NCBI GenBank assembly: GCA_964016885.1
Contig: OZ024740.1
Location: 422,530,001 to 422,594,000, forward strand
Length of the DNA: 64,000 nt
DNA from: Eledone cirrhosa
Lineage: Eukaryota
Reading direction: 5' to 3'
A program made the position numbers and the translations under genes. Position 1 is the stretch's first letter. Every line of letters starts with the position of its first letter. Shown here one piece after another: positions 23,046 to 36,800 of this stretch. The notes beneath the pieces are model-generated. The model was not told the DNA's origin, did not search any database, and worked only from the letters and a program-made list of their open reading frames with translations.

Positions 23046-23457
23046 CTTAAAAGAAGCACAACACAAGACTATGTTGGATTTTACTGTTGTTGGTGATGAT
23101 GATGTTATTAGTATTAGTTTACAACTACTTCTCTATAAACAGTAGTTCTACCAAGTTAACATTATAACTGCTTGAAACACTTCAGTATTCATAGATTGGT
23201 TTACTAGTTTCCGGATTCTTAACAACTGCTTGACTATTTTAAATGTGTTGGTTCAAAAGCTTTGTATGTTTCCTATTTTGACAGTACTGAGTGACTTAAG
23301 ATTTATATTTAATAATATTACATTGTTAAATGTAATCAAGATGTATATCATACTTCAAACTAACATGGAGCTCTTAGAAGTACTTTTGGTATGGTCATAT
23401 GTCTGAACTAGCCTTCTGACATTTGAACTATGTCAGGTAGTTATTTAAAGGGGGCGG

Positions 23458-23900
23458 GGACTCCTCAGCCATGTCAAGGATATGACAGCCCCCTTAGTGT
23501 TGGGAATCTACACAATAAATGCACTCAGTAGATGTTGTAATGTGGTTGGTGATAAGAAGGGCATCCAGCTGTAGAAAGCTTGCCAAACAAAGGTTTAGGA
23601 GGACCCTTCAGTCATGTCAAGGACATGACAGCCTCTCTAGTGGTTATGATCTACACGTTAAACACACTCAGTACATACTGTAAAAGAGTTGGGGATAGGA
23701 AGGGCATCTTGTTGTAGAATGCTTGTTAAACAAAGGGTTTGGAGGACCCTGCAGTTGTATCAAAGACATGACGACAACCCCTCCTGGCTTGTCCTGGAGA
23801 TCAGTAGTTCCCGCTTCAGTACTGACTTGGTCTATGTAGACCTGTCCAACCCTTGCTAGCAGGGAAAGGTGGACGTTCAAACAATAATGATATGATGAGA
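23458..23900 (+). repeat. Diverged tandem duplication (about 143-bp unit) inside a SINE
   Basis: The unit gga(c/t)..tcag.catgtcaagga.atgacagcc...cactcagta...aagggcatc...aaacaaa.ggttt starts at about 23459 and 23601, with a partial third copy at about 23744, then the SINE/RTE tail. Confidence 0.7.
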
Positions 23901-24224
23901 GTTTGTGCCATTCATTTGTACATAACCTAATCATTTTTTTTAATATCAAGATTTATTAGAGAGAGGGAGGGAGATGTAGAATTTGTTTTTGATTTTAGCA
24001 TATGGTAGTTTAATTTATAAACATTGAAATGATACTTTGTGCTATAATACTTGATAATTAGTTCACGAACAGACATAATTAAAAACAGTCTTATATACTT
24101 GTAGATTTACAAGTTACATTTTTAAGTTCATTTTCATGCTGTTTGACACATTTATTTGATTAAATTATTTCAGCTCTGAATCTGGGTGAGTTAGGGTATA
24201 CATGTGTTTGTATTGTATGTATCA

Positions 24225-25091
24225 TCCTAATCTATAAAGCTCAGTGTGTGGTCATGCTCCTTCGTTATAGAAATCTACGATATAGAATTTCTTCAATTGA
24301 AATTTACAATTCAGTAATCGAAACAGTTTCGATTGCGTCTTGACGCAGATAATTTTTTCAATTTCACTCAATATTTTACGATTTTTCTCTCTCATTTAAA
24401 CTGATGAACTCTTTCTACTACCATTCAAAATCTATACAACTTCATACTTTCTGCTACTTTCTCTTTCCAAGCTTGATGGTGATACTGTCCGTTCACACCA
24501 CTCCCTACTGTCTTAAATTTAGAAAACACATATCCTCTATGAGGTTACTAAACCTGCTAGAAACAGCAGCTAACTCTCCCCCATATCACACCCCTCCCTA
24601 CTGTCTTAAATTTAGAAAACATATCTTCTATGAGGTCACTAAACCTGCTAGAAACAGCAGCTAACTCTCCCCCATATCACACCACTCCCTACTGTCTTAA
24701 ATTTAGAAAACACATATCCTCTATGGGGTTACTAAACCTGCTAGAAACAGCAGCTAACTCTCCCCCATATCACATCCCTCCTTACTGTCTTAAATTTAGA
24801 AAACACAGACAACCATGCAGAACAACTACATCGCAGCTCTGTTGTTCGGCTGGCATCGTCTACGCGCGTGTTGCGCAAGTACTGTGAAACAATAAATTTC
24901 AACACTTTTTTGCACAGAGATAATATCCATAGGCGAAACTACAATTGTCACTGCTGGCGCAGCTCATGCTTCCAGGTCTGCAATTCATTCACCCAGTGCC
25001 TGGCAGACAAAAAAGTGCTGCCATAAAATGGGTGGTGCAACCTAACTTTGGTAACTTAATGACCCCGAGCAACGCCGGGCTTTAATGCTAG
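24225..25091 (+). mobile_element. Non-autonomous Helitron with internal tandem repeat
   Basis: 5' a|TCctaatctataaagctcagtgtgtg (start approximate). 3' hairpin cccgagcaacgccggg (25064-25079) and CTAG (25088-25091)|T. Confidence 0.75.
24494..24806. repeat. 91-93-bp tandem repeat, about 3.4 copies
   Basis: cacacc.ctccctactgtcttaaatttagaaaac... at 24494, 24587, 24678 and 24771. Confidence 0.92.
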
Positions 25092-27052
25092 TGTGTGATA
25101 AAAATCACTGAATAATATCAGTAAAGTGTGAGTGTGTTTGTTGGGTGGAAAGGGTGAAACCTTGTACTATCAGATAGCTATTCTGGTGTTTCTGGGGCAT
25201 ATACCTAACTACCTGAAACTGTCCTTGGTTTTATGATATAAAACTTTTTGTCTTAAAGAAAGTGTTGATATTTATGTAAAACCCTTCTACTCTAATTTTA
25301 TGTAAGAATCTATGTTAAGTTACGTTCCAAACACCAGCTTAATAACAAGAAACTTCTCCCTCTCTCTCTTCTTGAGTCCGACAACTTTCAAAAACATTCA
25401 TTTTGTTTTCTCTAATGGCTAGAATATATGTGGCTTGTCACACACAACTGCATACTAATGGATTTCTCTGCTGACTGGAGCAGTTGTGTCAACTCATTGC
25501 TGAATTAATAGCCAATCATCTGAGAAACCACTGGTGTTCATGACACTGAAGTCAACTAATTCAACTGATGATTGTCTCATGAGCTACTACTTAGCGTGAG
25601 ACAAACAGGATTTTTATTGAGGCTTACTTACATTACTAAATCCCTTTAAATTATTCATTATTTGATTATTTTAGAGATTATTAGAGATATGGTTAGGGAA
25701 GGGTTTGGAGAGAGGCTATGCTGAAAAGGACCCATCCAACCTGTGCAAGTGTGGAAAAACTGGGCGCAAAAATGATGATGATGATGACAATGATCTGCTT
25801 GGAACAATTAATTTTAAAAAATCAATAGAAATCAATAGAACTTTCTACATTGTATTTATTCCCTTCACTGAAGCTGTTGGTAGTAAGACGTCTTCCTTCT
25901 GGCCATTTTATAAATATATCTTACATCTACTTATTAAAAGCAACATGTGAAGGTTTAACAGGTTCAATGAAATGTGATATTGGTATTTCAAGATCTTGAG
26001 ATATGTGGGAAGGAGATATTCTTGTTTCCTTTCTGTTTTATACTATCACCTTCGTAGATAAGACAGTGAAAGAAATATGTGAGTTTTAACTCTGAGAATA
26101 AGAGTGAGGAAATAATAGAATCATGGTACTTTATAGGTGGACAATCACCAACTTGATGACAATCACCAACTCCAGCATTGTAATTATATTTTTCTCCCCA
26201 AACTACCAACACACATCTATTTGTATATGTGCTGCAATTCATGTACATATTATGTTTATCTGACCATTTTTTTAGAGAACTAAGAACTAAACTAATCACT
26301 ACAACTAAATTGACCAAATTTGTACCCCCACCATTCCGAAATGCTTCCACCGCCCCTGTTGTAACTTCTCTGCTACATGTGACTACTTCTGACCTGAATA
26401 ATTATTGTGATATATATATACAGTGTGAGAAGAAAGAGAATGGTGAGGAGAGAGTGAGTATGAAGAGTGACAAAGGGAGGTAATGGAAAATATCCTTTCA
26501 TCTAAATCAAATAGATATCAATAATACAATAAAACAAGTATATGAGTCATAATTATAAATTATAAATGAAGCTACCAATACATGTACTGTATATATATGT
26601 ATAGGAGAAAGAGAGACTGACTATGTGGAGCAAGAAGAGGAATATTGTTTTTGCTTTGAGGGACATGACCTTTTAGTCAGTGACACATGATAAATCCTTG
26701 TTTGAATCACTGATCTATGTCAGTTAAACAATCACTGAGGGTGTCAGTTAAACAATGCTTCAATATTTGTTCTGGCTCACTGACTCTGAGTTCAAATCAA
26801 CTTTGCCAGGTCAACTTTGCCTTTCATTCTTTCATGGTTCATACAGTATCAGTCCCATACTGGAGTTGGTTCATTTTTCCTCTTTCTCTTTCTCCGGAAG
26901 AAATTGACTATGTTCTGACTGGGAGAGGGATGGGCTCTGCCAGGTTGAAATTACCCAAGACATGCTCCTATGACTCCATCAAGAATTAAGGCTCTTATGC
27001 TGTGTAGAGCTAAAGTAGTATCATATGAGAGGAGAACTTTGTCTCTAATGAA

Positions 27053-27242
27053 ATAATTGTTTCTACTTTTGGCACAAGGCCAGCAATTATTCCAGTGCAT
27101 TACTGGTACTTTATTTTATCGACCCCGTAAGGATGAAAGGCAAAGTTAACCTCGGCGGGATTTGAACTCAGATCATAAAGGGAGGTAACTCTATGCTTCA
27201 AAGCATGGCGTCCGACCCTTACCGATACTGCCAATCCACCGA
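27053..27242 (-). mobile_element. tRNA-derived SINE
   Basis: Colinear with and highly similar to 16716-16910. Confidence 0.8.
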
Positions 27243-27342
27243 AATAATGTATTCATATGCACATATAACATTACACAGTGTTACATAATTTAATAGCTGT
27301 GGGAATTAGTGAAATATCCTATGACTATCTGATGATCTCTGG

Positions 27343-27829
27343 AACATGTGGCTATGAAGTCGAGCCTCCTTAAACATGTGGCTATGCAGTCGAGCCTCCT
27401 TAAACATGTGGATATGCAGTCTAGCCTCCTTAAACATGTGGCTATGCAGTCTAGCCTCCTTAAACATGTGGCTACATAGTATAACCTACTTAAACATGTG
27501 GCTACATAGTATAGCCACCTTAAGCATGTGGCTACATAGTATAGCCTCTTTAAACATGTAGCTATGTGGTCTAGCCTTCTTAAACATGTAGCTATGTGGT
27601 CTAGCCTCCTTAAACATGTAACTATGTAGTCTAGCCTCCTTCATGTAGCTATGTGGTCTAGCCTCCTTAAAGATGTGGCTACATTGTCTAGCCTCCTTAT
27701 ACATGTGGCTACATAGTCTAGCCTCTTTAAACATGTAGCTATGTAGTCTAGTCTCCTTAAATATGTGGCTACGTAGTATAGCCTCTTTAAACATATAGCT
27801 ATGTATTCTAGTCTCCTTAAACATGTGGC
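27343..27829. repeat. 30-bp minisatellite, about 16 copies
   Basis: Unit aacatgtggctatgcagtctagcctcctta, with clear 30-bp periodicity. Confidence 0.95.
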
Positions 27830-27872
27830 AACTGGAGGAAATTACTTCCTGTTCTTTTTTTTCTTTTTTTTT

Positions 27873-30800
27873 ATATTTCCACACCAGTTTACCTCACATA
27901 ACACACAATACAATATTATATATTTCCACACCAGTTTACCTCACATAACAGCCAATACAATATTATATGTTTCCACACCAGTTTACCTCACATGACACCC
28001 AATACAATATTATATATTTCCACACCAGTTTACCTCACATAACACCCAATACAATATTATATATTTCCACACCAGTTTACCTCACCATAACACCCAATAC
28101 AATATTATATATTTCCACACCTGTTTACCTCACATAACACCCAATACAATATTATTTATTTCCACACCAGTTTAACTCACATAACACCCAAAACAATATT
28201 ATATATTTCCACACCAGTTTACCTCACATAACATCTAATACAATATTATATATTTCCACACCAGTTTACCTCACATAACACCCAATACAATATTATATAT
28301 TTCCACACCAGTTTACCTCACATAACACCCAATACAATATTATATATTTCCACACAGTTTACCTCACATAACACCCAATACAATATTATATATTTCCACA
28401 CCAGTTTACCTCACATAACATCCAATACAATATTATATATTTCCACACCAGTTTACCTCACATAACATCCAATACAATATTATATATTTCCACACCAGTT
28501 TACCTCACATAACACCCAATACAATATTATATATTTTCGCACCAGTTTACCTCACATAACACCCAATACAATATTATGTATTTCCACACCAGTTTACCTC
28601 ACATAACACCCAATACAATATTATATATTTCCACACCAGTTAACCTCACATAACATCCAATACAATATTATATATTTCCACACCAGTTTAACTCGCATAA
28701 CACCCAATACAATATTATATATTTCCACACCAGTTTACCTCATATAACATCTAATACAATATTATATATTTCCACACCAATTTACCTCACATAACACCCA
28801 ATACAATATTATATATTTCCACACCAGTTTACATCACATAACATCCAATACAAAATTATATATTTCCACACCAGTTTACCTCACATAGCACCCAATACAA
28901 TATTATATATTTCCACACCAGTTTCCCTCACATAACACACAATACAATATTATATATTTCCACACCAGTTTACCTCACCATAACACCCAATACAATATTA
29001 TATATTTCCACACCAGTTTACCTCACATAACATCTAATACAATATTATATATTTGCAGACCAGTTTACCTCGCATTTAATACGATATTACATATTTCCAC
29101 ACAAGTTTACCTCACATAACACCCAATACAATATTATATATTTCCACACCAGTTTACCTCAATTAACACCCAATACAATATTATGTATTTCCACACCAGT
29201 TTACCTCACATAACACCCAATACAATATTATATATTTCCACACCAGTTTACCTCACATGACACCCAATACAATATTATATATTTCCACACCAGTTTACCT
29301 CATATAACATCTAATACAATATTATATATTTCCACACCAATTTACCTCACATAACACCCAATACAATATTATATATTTCCACACCAGTTTACCTCACATA
29401 ACACCCAATACAATATTATATATTTCCACACCAAGTTACCTAACATAACATCCAATACAATATTATACATTTCCACACCAGTTTACCTCACATAACACCC
29501 AATACAATATTATATATTTCCACACCAGTTTACCTCACATAACACCCAATACAATATTATATATTTGCAGACCAGTTTACCTCGCATTTAATACGATATT
29601 ACATATTTCCACACCAGTTTACCTCACATAACACCCAATACAATATTATATATTTCCACACCAAGTTACCTAACATAACATCCAATACAATATTATACAT
29701 TTCCACACCAGTTTACCTCACATAACACCCAATACAATATTATATATTTCCACACCAGTTTACCTCACATAACATCTAATACAATATTATATATTTGCAG
29801 ACCAGTTTACCTCGCATTTAATACGATATTACATATTTCCACACAAGTTTACCTCACATAACACCCAATACAATATTATATATTTCCACACCAGTTTACC
29901 TCAATTAACACCCAATGCAATATTATATATTTCCACACCAGTTTACCTCACATAACACCCAATACAATATTATATATTTCCACACCAGTTTACCTCACAT
30001 GACATCCAATACAATATATATTTCCACACCAGTTTAACTCACATAACATCCAATGCAATATTATATATTTCCACACCAGTTTAACTCACATAACACCCAA
30101 TACAATATTATATATTTCCACACCAGTTTAGCTCACATAACATCTAATACAATATTATATATTTCCACACCAGTTTACCTCACATAACACCCAATACAAC
30201 ATTATATATTCCCACACCAGTTTACCTCACATAACACCCAATACAATATTATATATTTCCACACCAGTTTACCTCACATAACCCCCAATACAATATTATA
30301 TATTTCCACACCAGTTTACCTCACATAACATTTAATATAATATATATTTCCACACCAGATTACCTCACATAACACCCAATACAATATTATATATTTCCAC
30401 ACCAGTTTACCTCACAACATCTAATACAATATTATATATTTCCACACCAGTTTACCTCACATAACACCCAATACAACATTATATATTCCCACACCAGTTT
30501 ACCTCAAATAACACCCAATACAATATTATATATTTCCACACCAGTTTACCTCACATAACCCCCAATACAATATTATATATTTCCTCACCAGTTTACCTCA
30601 CATAACACCCAATACAATATTATATATTTCCACACCAGTTTACCTCACATAACATCCAACACAATATTATATATTTCCACACCAGTTTACCTCACATAAC
30701 ATCTAATACAATATTATATATTTCCTCACCAGTTTACCTCACATAACACCCAATACAATATTTTATATTTCCACACCAGTTTACCTTACATAACATCCAA

Positions 30801-33800
30801 TCAAATATTATAAATTTCCACACCAGTTTACCTCACATAACATCTAGTACAATATTATATATTTCCACACCAGTTTACCTCACATAACACCCAATACAAT
30901 ATTATATATTTCCACACCAGTTTACCTCACATAACACCCAATACAATATTATATATTTCCACACCAGTTTACCTCAGATAACATCCAATACAATATTATA
31001 TATTTCCACACCAGTTTACCTCACTAACACCCAATACAATATTATATATTTCCACACCAGTTAACCTCACATAACATCTAATACAATATTATATATTTCC
31101 TGACCAGTTTACCTCGCATCTAATACGATATTCCATATTTCCACACAAGTTTACCTCACATAACACCCAATACAATATTATATATTTCCACACCAGTTTA
31201 CCTCAATTAACACCAAATACAATATTATATATTTCCACACCAGTTTACCTCACATAACACCCAATACAATATTATATATTTCCACACCAGTTTACCTCAA
31301 TTAACACCAAATACATTATTATATATTTCCACACCAGTTTACCTCACATAACACCCAATACAATATTATATATTTCCACACCAGTTTACCTCACATAACA
31401 TTTAATATAATATTATATATTTCCACACCAGATTACCTCACATAACACCCAATACAATATTATATATTTCCACACCAGTTTACCTCACATAATATCTAAT
31501 ACAATATTATATATTTCCACACAAGTTTACCTCACAGAACATCTAATACAATATTATATATTTCCACACCAGTTTACCTCACATAACACCCAATACAACA
31601 TTATATATTCCCACACCAGTTTACCTCACATAACACCCAATACAAAATTATATATTTCCACACCAGTTTACCTCACATAACACCCAATACAATATTATAT
31701 ATTTCCACACCAGTTTACCTCACATGACATCCAATACAATATATATTTCCACACCAGTTTAACTCACATAACATCCAATACAATATTATATATTTCCACA
31801 CCAGTTTAACTCACATAACACCCAATACAATATTATGTATTTCAGCACCAGTTTACCTCACATAACACCCAATACAATATTATATATTTCCACACCAGTT
31901 AACCTCACATAACACCCAATACAATATTATATATTTCCACACCAAGTTACCTAACATAACATCCAATACAATATTATACATTTCCACACCAGTTTACCTC
32001 ACATAACACCCAATACAATATTATATATTTCCACACCAGTTTACCTCACATAACATCTAATACAATATTATATATTTGCAGACCAGTTTACCTCGCATTT
32101 AATACGATATTACATATTTCCACACAAGTTTACCTCACATAACACCCAATACAATATTATATATTTCCACACCAGTTTACCTCAATTAACACCCAATGCA
32201 ATATTATATATTTCCACACCAGTTTACCTCACATAACACCCAATACAATATTATATATTTCCACACCAGTTTACCTCACATGACATCCAATACAATATAT
32301 ATTTCCACACCAGTTTAACTCACATAACATCCAATGCAATATTATATATTTCCACACCAGTTTAACTCACATAACACCCAATACAATATTATATATTTCC
32401 ACACCAGTTTAGCTCACATAACATCTAATACAATATTATATATTTCCACACCAGTTTACCTCACATAACACCCAATACAACATTATATATTCCCACACCA
32501 GTTTACCTCACATAACACCCAATACAATATTATATATTTCCACACCAGTTTACCTCACATAACCCCCAATACAATATTATATATTTCCACACCAGTTTAC
32601 CTCACATAACATTTAATATAATATATATTTCCACACCAGATTACCTCACATAACACCCAATGCAATATTATATATTTCCACACCAGTTTACCTCACAACA
32701 TCTAATACAATATTATATATTTCCACACCAGTTTACCTCACATAACACCCAATACAACATTATATATTCCCACACCAGTTTACCTCAAATAACACCCAAT
32801 ACAATATTATATATTTCCACACCAGTTTACCTCACATAACCCCCAATACAATATTATATATTTCCTCACCAGTTTACCTCACATAACACCCAATACAATA
32901 TTATATATTTCCACACCAGTTTACCTCACATAACATCCAACACAATATTATATATTTCCACACCAGTTTACCTCACATAACATCTAATACAATATTATAT
33001 ATTTCCTCACCAGTTTACCTCACATAACACCCAATACAATATTTTATATTTCCACACCAGTTTACCTTACATAACATCCAATCAAATATTATAAATTTCC
33101 ACACCAGTTTACCTCACATAACATCTAGTACAATATTATATATTTCCACACCAGTTTACCTCACATAACACCCAATACAATATTATATATTTCCACACCA
33201 GTTTACCTCACATAACACCCAATACAATATTATATATTTCCACACCAGTTTACCTCAGATAACATCCAATACAATATTATATATTTCCACATCAGTTTAC
33301 CTCACTAACACCCAATACAATATTATATATTTCCACACCAGTTAACCTCACATAACATCTAATACAATATTATATATTTCCTGACCAGTTTACCTCGCAT
33401 CTAATACGATATTCCATATTTCCACACAAGTTTACCTCACATAACACCCAATACAATATTATATATTTCCACACCAGTTTACCTCAATTAACACCAAATA
33501 CAATATTATATATTTCCACACCAGTTTACCTCACATAACACCCAATACAATATTATATATTTCCACACCAGTTTACCTCAATTAACACCAAATACATTAT
33601 TATATATTTCCACACCAGTTTACCTCACATAACACCCAATACAATATTATATATTTCCACACCAGTTTACCTCACATAACATTTAATATAATATTATATA
33701 TTTCCACACCAGATTACCTCACATAACACCCAATACAATATTATATATTTCCACACCAGTTTACCTCACATAATATCTAATACAATATTATATATTTCCA

Positions 33801-36800
33801 CACAAGTTTACCTCACAGAACATCTAATACAATATTATATATTTCCACACCAGTTTACCTCACATAACACCCAATACAACATTATATATTCCCACACCAG
33901 TTTACCTCACATAACACCCAATACAAAATTATATATTTCCACACCAGTTTACCTCACATAACACCCAATACAATATTATATATTTCCACACCAGTTTACC
34001 TCACATGACATCCAATACAATATATATTTCCACACCAGTTTAACTCACATAACATCCAATACAATATTATATATTTCCACACCAGTTTAACTCACATAAC
34101 ACCCAATACAATATTATGTATTTCCACACCAGTTTACCTCACATAACACCCAATACAATATTATATATTTCCACACCAGTTAACCTCACATAACATCCAA
34201 TACAATATATATTTCCACAGCAGTTTAACTCACATAACATCCAATACAATATTATATATTTCCACACCAGTTTAACTCACATAACACCCAATACAATATT
34301 ATATATTTCCACACCAGTTTACCTCACATAACACCCAATACAATATTATATATTTCCACACCAGTTAACCTCACATAACATCCAATACAATATATATTTC
34401 CACACCAGTTTAACTCACATAACATCCAATACAATATTATATATTTCCACACCAGTTTAACTCACATAACACCCAATACAATATTATATATTTCCACACC
34501 AGTTTACCTCACATAACACCCAATACAATATTATATATTTCCACACCAATTTACCTAACATAACATCCAATACAATATTATACATTTCCACACCAGTTTA
34601 CCTAACATAACACCCAATACAATATTATATATTTCCACACCAGTTTACCTCACATAACACCCAATACAATATTATATATTTCCACACCAGTTTACCTCAC
34701 ATAACATCTAATACAATATTATATATTTGCAGACCAGTTTACCTCGTATTTAATACGATATTACATATTTCCACACAAGTTTACCTCACATAACACCCAA
34801 TACAATATTATATATTTCCACACCAGTTTACCTCAATTAACACCCAATACAATATTATGTATTTCCACACCAGTTTACCTCACATAACACCCAATACAAT
34901 ATTATATATTTCCACACCAGTTTACCTCACATGACACCCAATACAATATTATATATTTCCACACCAGTTTACCTCATATAACATCTAATACAATATTATA
35001 TATTTCCACACCAATTTACCTCACATAACACCCAATACAATATTATATATTTCCACACCAGTTTACCTCACATAACACCCAATACAATATTATATATTTC
35101 CACACCAAGTTACCTAACATAACATCCAATACAATATACATTTCCACACCAGTTTACCTCACATAACACCCAATACAATATTATATATTTCCACACCAGT
35201 TTACCTCACATAACACCCAATACAATATTATATATTTCCACACCAGTTTACCTCACATAACATCTAATACAATATTATATATTTGCAGACCAGTTTACCT
35301 CGCATTTAATACGATATTACATATTTCCACACAAGTTTACCTCACATAACACCCAATACAATATTATATATTTCCACACCAGTTTACCTCACATAACACC
35401 CAATGCAATATTATATATTTCCACACCAGTTTAACTCACATAACACCCAATACAATATTATATATTTCCACACCAGTTTAGCTCACATAACATCTAATAC
35501 AATATTATATATTTCCACACCAGTTTACCTCACATAACACCCAATACAACATTATATATTCCCACACCAGTTTACCTCACATAACACCCAATACAATATT
35601 ATATATTTCCACACCAGTTTACCTCACATAACACCCAATACAATATTATATATTTCCACACCAGTTTACCTCAATTAACACCAAATACATTATTATATAT
35701 TTCCACACCAGTTTACCTCACATAACACCCAATACAATATTATATATTTCCACACCAGTTTAACTCACATAACACCCAATACAATATTATATATTTCCAC
35801 ACCAATTTAACTCACATAACATCGAATACAATATATATTTGCACACCAGTTTACCTCACATAACACCCAATACAATATTATATATTTCCACACCAGTTTA
35901 CCTCACATAACATTTAATATAATATTATATATTTCCACACCAGATTACCTCACATAACACCCAATACAATATTATATATTTCCACACCAGTTTACCTCAC
36001 ATAATATCTAATACAATATTATATATTTCCACACAAGTTTACCTCACAGAACATCTAATACAATATTATATATTTCCACACCAGTTTACCTCACATAACA
36101 CCCAATACAACATTATATATTCCCACACCAGTTTACCTCACATAACACCCAATACAAAATTATATATTTCCACACCAGTTTACCTCACATAACCCCCAAT
36201 ACAATATTATATATTTCCACACCAGTTTACCTCACATAACACCCAATACAATATTATATATTTCCACACCAGTTTACCTCACATAACATCTAATACAATA
36301 TTATATATTTCCAGACCAGTTTACCTCGCATCTAATACGATATTACATATTTCCACACAAGTTTACCTCACATAACACCCAATACAATATTATATATTTC
36401 CACACCAGTCTACCTCACTTAACACCCAATACAATATTATATATTTCCACACCAGTTTACCTCACATAACACCCAATACAATATTATATATTCCCACACC
36501 AGTTTACCTCACATGACATCCAATACAATATATATTTCCACACCAGTTTAACTCACATAACATCCAATACAATATATATTTCCACACCAGTTTAGCTCAC
36601 ATAACATCTAATACAATATATATATTTGCACACCAGTTTACCTCACATAACACCCAATACAATATTATATATTTCCACACCAGTTTACCTCACATAACAT
36701 TTAATATAATATATATTTCCACACCAGATTATCTCACATAACACCCAATCCAATATTATATATTTCCACACCAGTTTACCTCACATCTAATACAATATTA

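Noticed and set aside
27873-27920. Transcription-factor motifs in the monomer (TGGAAA, GTAAAC, CACCC)
   Set aside because: Short motifs like these are expected by chance, and there is no independent support for function.
27376-27995. ORFs with 10-aa repeats
   Set aside because: Translations of the 30-bp minisatellite and the satellite edge.
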